From positions 413,546 through 477,545 of the forward strand of contig NMRA01000319.1 in NCBI GenBank assembly GCA_002633005.1: a stretch of 64,000 nt of DNA, given 5' to 3'. Of this stretch, positions 58,794-64,000 are shown one piece after another; the stretch's first letter is position 1; each line of letters opens with the position of its first letter. The notes below the pieces were generated by a model. The model was not told the origin of the DNA and made no database searches. It worked only from the letters and a program-made list of their open reading frames with translations. Both the position numbers and the translations under genes were made by a program. Source of the stretch: Phoronis australis. Lineage: Eukaryota; Animalia; Phoronida.

Positions 58794-61158
58794 CGAACCT
58801 TCCTCTTACACGGTCTGTTAAAGAGGAGACTTAAGATGGGTTAGGTGATGTTGGAGCTGCTAACTATGCCCAACGCTGTTGTTGGAACTGAGACGTACAA
58901 GCAACCGTTGGCGGCAGTTAGGAGGAGGAAGGTGGCGCAGCCAAGATGGTGTAACCATCCATACATGTCCTCTTGGTTTGTACAGTTATGTTGTTGTATA
59001 TTGTATATTGTATAATGTATTGTCTCAGCTGCCAGTCATGGACAGTTCGATTGCTGTGACTGTAATGCTTGACTGAAGTGGCCACAGATTGTTCCATGCT
59101 ACTGTATTGCAATTTGTGGCCAAAGGATTTGAGAAATTTTTGTTTGGATTTAGTGCTGTGTGAAGAACGACCTCTCCGTGGAAGGACCGTGAAGGGGCTG
59201 TTCATTACTATGTGTTCCAATACCCAAAGCCAGTGTCTTCTCACTTAACAAGCATGAGATTTGCTTAAACTGTTGAGAGATTAATGATACGTAGACTTCC
59301 AAACTGTGTCAAAGATTGTGTTCTTCCTCATGATTATTGTGCAATTCCAAGTGTTTAAAAAAAGCCTATAGTCTTCTACAGCATATCAGTTTAGAAAAGT
59401 CACCAAGACTCAGTATGAATGCAATGTTGGGTGTCCATCTTGGTTGTCTTTTGAACGGTGTCGAGCTTAGGGATACTGGATAGCTTCAAGCTCGAGTGTT
59501 TGCCTCGAGAGAAATATACCTCACGCCACCGTTACCCGCTCACAGCCAAGGCCAAATGCTCACTGACTTGTAAACTATGTTTGTAGTAAACAGCATTATA
59601 GTACACACGGTGCTTAATGGGCCGGTGAGAGATATTTGGTTCTGGTGTTGCGACATTTTGTTTTCATTTGCTACTGAAAGTAATCGTCTAAGGACATTGC
59701 TCCATTTTGCCACAGACATGAGCTGTGAGTTGAGTGCATTTGGGTGTAAGGTGCATAGTTCTCCGTCTGCAGTTACCCTTTGGGAGTTATTGATAAATTT
59801 ACATTTTTTCCTCACAATTGGATAATAGTACGAGTTGCAGTGCTTTCTCTTGGTGTTACATTCAATTCGTTAAACTCTGTAAACCATAGCTTAGTATGAA
59901 TAATTATTATTATGATAATGACTTGAGCTTCATAAATTAACATATATTTGCATGTTCAGAATTATCGTTGTGTGCATTTCAAAATGTCTGTTGAGAAATA
60001 GGATAGTTAATGGAACTGATAGACTTTCCCCCGTTTTCTTGAAAGACGGAACAAAGTTAAATAATGTTTCTTTGTTATACTTAGAAAGGCAGATTTATGG
60101 CTTGTTCATTGGTTTTGTGCAAATTGTGGCGAGTCCATTGTGTGCTGAAGGGTTGATGTCGTCGTTCAGTGAACTGCGCTTCACTGGCAGCTGTATAAAT
60201 AGTCTTGGAAATGGGTGGAAATTGTTATGAAGATATCTGAATGCTCAAACTAAAATTTGTGAACTTCAGTCTTTTCTAGTGCTGTTCTAATTTGTTGAAT
60301 TTGAAAATTTGTATTATTTCAGTACGAGACCATGCCACAATGTATTGTGCGAATATTATTTTTATTGTGTTATTGGTTGTGTTCTTGTTTTTTTGCAAAG
60401 TTATCGTTGGATGTGTTTCAACCATCGATTGTGTTTCCAGTATCTTGTAAACTTTGTGGTGATGAGATAACATGATGAGCCCTGGAAATCTCGCTGTAAA
60501 CAATGTTGTTGTCAAAATAGAAACATGCACTGACTTGTGCTTCTAGGCAAGGAATGAAAAGGGGCGGGGCAATGAATGAAAAGGGGCAGGGCAAGGAAAA
60601 GTATTGATGAAACTGTAACTCTTGAGGTTGAAGTCGAAGGTTAGGTATGGATTGCAAATGGAACTTGGCTTGTCCGTCGGTTTTGAGTAGGAACTGATTC
60701 CCAAAACTATGGTGACTGGTCACAAGATAGAACTACTTTAGGTCTGTGCTAAATTTGTTGAGTGTCTGTATGGTTTGCCTCTGTCATCTAATGTAAAGAA
60801 GTACTTCCATCTGCCACCAGGGGGAATGTCATCTCTTGTGACTGGTTTTCATTGTTTTGTGCGTGTCTCTTCTCATCAAGGATTGGAAACAACGCTTTGA
60901 TGTTATGTTGTTTTAATTGAAATTGTTTGTCAAGCGCCGTCTATAAGGTTAGATTGTGTATTGTGGAATGAGTTGTGTTGTGCAATTATAGGAGTGAAGT
61001 CTTGTCTTGATGCTGCAACTAGTGAGTGACAGTTGGACTTTTGTCTTCATTATACATTAGTTCAGAGTAATAACTGTGTTCTGGTCTTTCTTGCGTGTTA
61101 TATGCGACCATAATTTCTCACTATACTGTTGGTGATCAGAACACAAAGAGTGAGTAGA

Positions 61159-61379
61159 GTAGCCTGGGCTGTGGTCTGTGGAACCAAGATCCTAGCAAGA
61201 CCATGCAACATCACGCGAGTGTGTCACCAGTATGCATGGAACCTTACTAGTGTGCCCTAGGAAAATGGCTTCCGTTGAAGTGATTGGTCGGTGAGGTTGG
61301 GATGTTGAAATGTGGGATAGAAGTTGTGAAGTTTTCTGGCCACGCGTGTCTGGGTTCTATGGTCTGCAGCCTGGCTGCA
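61159..61379. mobile_element. Degenerate TIR element inside the putative 3' UTR
   Basis: gtagcctgggctgtggtctgtggaaccaaga versus tctgggttctatggtctgcagcctggctgc; internal gaagtgattggtcggtgaggttgg also occurs at about 22813-22858. Confidence 0.55.
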
Positions 61380-62780
61380 CCTGTTGAGTGTTGTCAACAA
61401 GTCTATTTTGCTGTAACTGGTGTTAGGAGGAATAGGAAGACTTAGTACCTAGTTATTTCCCCTGATTTTTATTTCTTCCGTTGCTATGATAGTTACAGTA
61501 GCATTTTCAATTTTTGTCCTTTGTCAGACACCATTATGGTGATAGACCTCTAGTAAATATGCCAAGCCAATGTGCAGTGCATGGAAAGTCATTGTTTTGG
61601 CTCCTGTTTTTCTGGTTCCCTAACATTTTTAAGTCTGGTCTGCACGCCACCTATTGGCCACATCACGTGACCAAATGTAGATATACATATATATTTACTT
61701 TGTTTTGGTTCTTTAATATTACAAGTTGGCATTCCTAGTCATATACCAAATGGAGTCATCGAGAGATTTCCCTATGCTAACTTGATTTATTGGAGTGTGA
61801 ATTGAGAGATTTCGGCTTGACCAGTGTGGGGGCTTTAAACAGGATGTCAATAGGGAAGGTAAGTGTGATGTCACCGCACGGAGGTGGTCCGGAAGATTCC
61901 GCTGTTTTTGAGGCCAAACGCGTGTGAATGTTATTGAAGTAATCATTTGTTCCTTCAGCTTTGTGTGTTAGTGACATTTCTTCAACTCTGTTGCTAACAG
62001 TTCCTTGTCCACATCGTCGAGACATGCAAATTATTCTTCAGAGTGGAAACCCTCTTTAGGGCTATACATGTACCAGTGCAGTGAGTTAGTCAATAAATGA
62101 ACCAATAGATGTTTTACCGTTACAACTTGTGAGTAAGTTGGTATCCTTGCTGAAGAATGTGTTGTTATTGTTTTAAAAGTTTTGTTCAGACTATCATCGA
62201 TACATAGTGTGATATTAATTCCGTTCTTATTTCTATTTATTTGAGAACTGATTGGAAAGCTAAATCAACTCGTTAAGATTTATTTTCCTGATTTTTGAAT
62301 GCCTGAATGTAACATTTTTTTGCTTCTGTTATGCACACATGAACTGAACCAGGGGAAAGTGGTGAAATAGAATCATTATGGGTTATTGTTTAGTAAATGT
62401 GATGGTCGTTTTCAGTGACATGTTGGTTGTCGCTATCATGATGGATAGCACTATGTTGTATATCTAAATGAAATCCTGTCACAATGTATTTGCATTTTGC
62501 AGTAGTGCTACATGAACTGCATGCCACGGTGGAATTTTTCGCTGACTTGGTTGGTCAGGATTGTGAGAACAAATCGACATTTCTTCTAATTATTAAAATG
62601 GTTTCTTCACTATTTTTGTGGTTAACTTCAGCATGTCACTATGATAACACATCCAATTGCAAATGTTGTAACATTGTAAATGTATAGCATTTAACCAGTG
62701 ATATTTCCTGTAACATATTTATAACATTTGTTTAGAGAAAGTGTAATGCCATTTACTAGCTTGCATATTGCTCATTTTCT

Positions 62781-62786
62781 AATAAA
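62781..62786 (+). terminator. Candidate polyadenylation signal AATAAA (alternative at 62092-62097)
   Basis: AATAAA followed about 30 nt later by a U/GU-rich tract (tgttttctttttctgtgtc). Confidence 0.5.
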
Positions 62787-64000
62787 ATGGTAAATGGATG
62801 TTAAAGTAGTCTCAATGTTTTCTTTTTCTGTGTCAGAGATCAATGTCAGAACATAGCATGCAGCTGATTGATTCTTGAAATATTGGCTACCATTCTTTTT
62901 CCGAATCAGCTCTGCAAAAGTACTGTATTAAGTCCTTGGACTTGTTTCACTAATGGGTCATAATCGCAAATATTTTTAAGTCTGGTCTGCATGCCACCTG
63001 TTGGCCACATCATATGACCCAATGAATAGAAGTATGAAAAGACCGCTACCCTGAACGGCACTCGAACTCTGTGGACCCTCTGCTAACGAGTTCCGTAGGG
63101 GCATAGGTCTTTTTAGACTTATATTTAAACATGTTTGCAATTTTCAACACACATCTATGATTTACATATTCATGTAAAAACTCAATTTTTTAACTTGTAC
63201 TGTGCTTTAAGTGTAATTCATACTTGGTACCGAAAATGTGACGAGTTTTTAGTGAAACTGGTCGTGAAAATTATTAACAGAATCGTTCCTCAGAATGCTC
63301 AAACCACACTTCTGTTCACAAAACCGATGTTATTGTTTCGAAGGTTTATTTTTGCATAAATTGAGAAATTTGATGTGCTTTTAAAAGGTCGATTTCAGTC
63401 GGAAAGGTAAATATTTCAGACTTCGAAGATTTGATTTTGGCCTTCATAAAGTAGACGTATGGTTTCAAAAGTTCATCCTCAGTGTTGAGAGACTAAATTG
63501 ATCAAGCGTTCATGTGAATTTCAATTCCCAATCACTCATTCTGATATATAAACAACAACCATTTTAAGAAGAAATGTTCCTGTTTATTAATGAGAAGAAA
63601 GTAAAATAAAATGCTCTGGTCACATGTACATATTCTTCAAATTTTATCACTACTTGCCAGCTTAAAATTCAGCAGTTTCAAAAATTTAAAAAAAATGAAG
63701 CATTATTACTCTACAAAATGAACTCGAATTTCATTACTGAGCTGTTGGAGAAAAGCTTCTAATAAAACATGGCTGCCAGAAATTTTATTTCTTCTCAAAT
63801 GATGCTGGAAGAACAGTCTACAATTAAAATCATGCAGTGAAGTTTGATAAAGAAAAGTTGACCAACATGACAACACTAGAACAACAGCGCAAGTTTCACC
63901 AGGGATTACAAGACATTAAATGTGCAAAGTATAATTATACATATTAAAGTTGTCTTCAAAATGAACAAGTCTGGTATTCAACTCTACTAACTCTTGTTCC

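Larger units (their letters stand above)
58794..62810 (+). other. Probable long 3' UTR of srGAP (about 3.3-4 kb)
   Basis: I saw no AATAAA between the stop codon and 62092; T/GT-rich sequence without credible ORFs. Confidence 0.5.

Overview
AT-rich eukaryotic (animal, probably marine invertebrate; species not determinable) genomic DNA from a gapped scaffold. It holds one protein-coding gene on the + strand: an srGAP-family (SLIT-ROBO Rho GTPase-activating) gene with F-BAR/FX, RhoGAP, SH3 and a proline-rich tail. I traced 18 consecutive GT-AG exons from 41311 to the stop at 58793 with consistent phases (3149 nt, about 1049 aa plus the missing first exon). The first 41 kb looks like a large 5' intronic region with several phase-compatible candidate first exons, many short TIR transposons (MITEs), a degenerate Penelope-type hammerhead ribozyme, a 475-N gap and a ~1.3 kb tandem duplicate that is probably an uncollapsed haplotype. 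The most unusual structure is an 11-unit, ~42-bp tandem array whose units copy a real 3' splice junction of a RhoGAP exon, leaving about ten decoy acceptors upstream of the true one. Two 5' splice junctions are also locally duplicated, with the GT destroyed in the copies. No prokaryotic features, CRISPR arrays, rRNA or tRNA genes were seen. All homology calls are from recalled sequence, not database searches.
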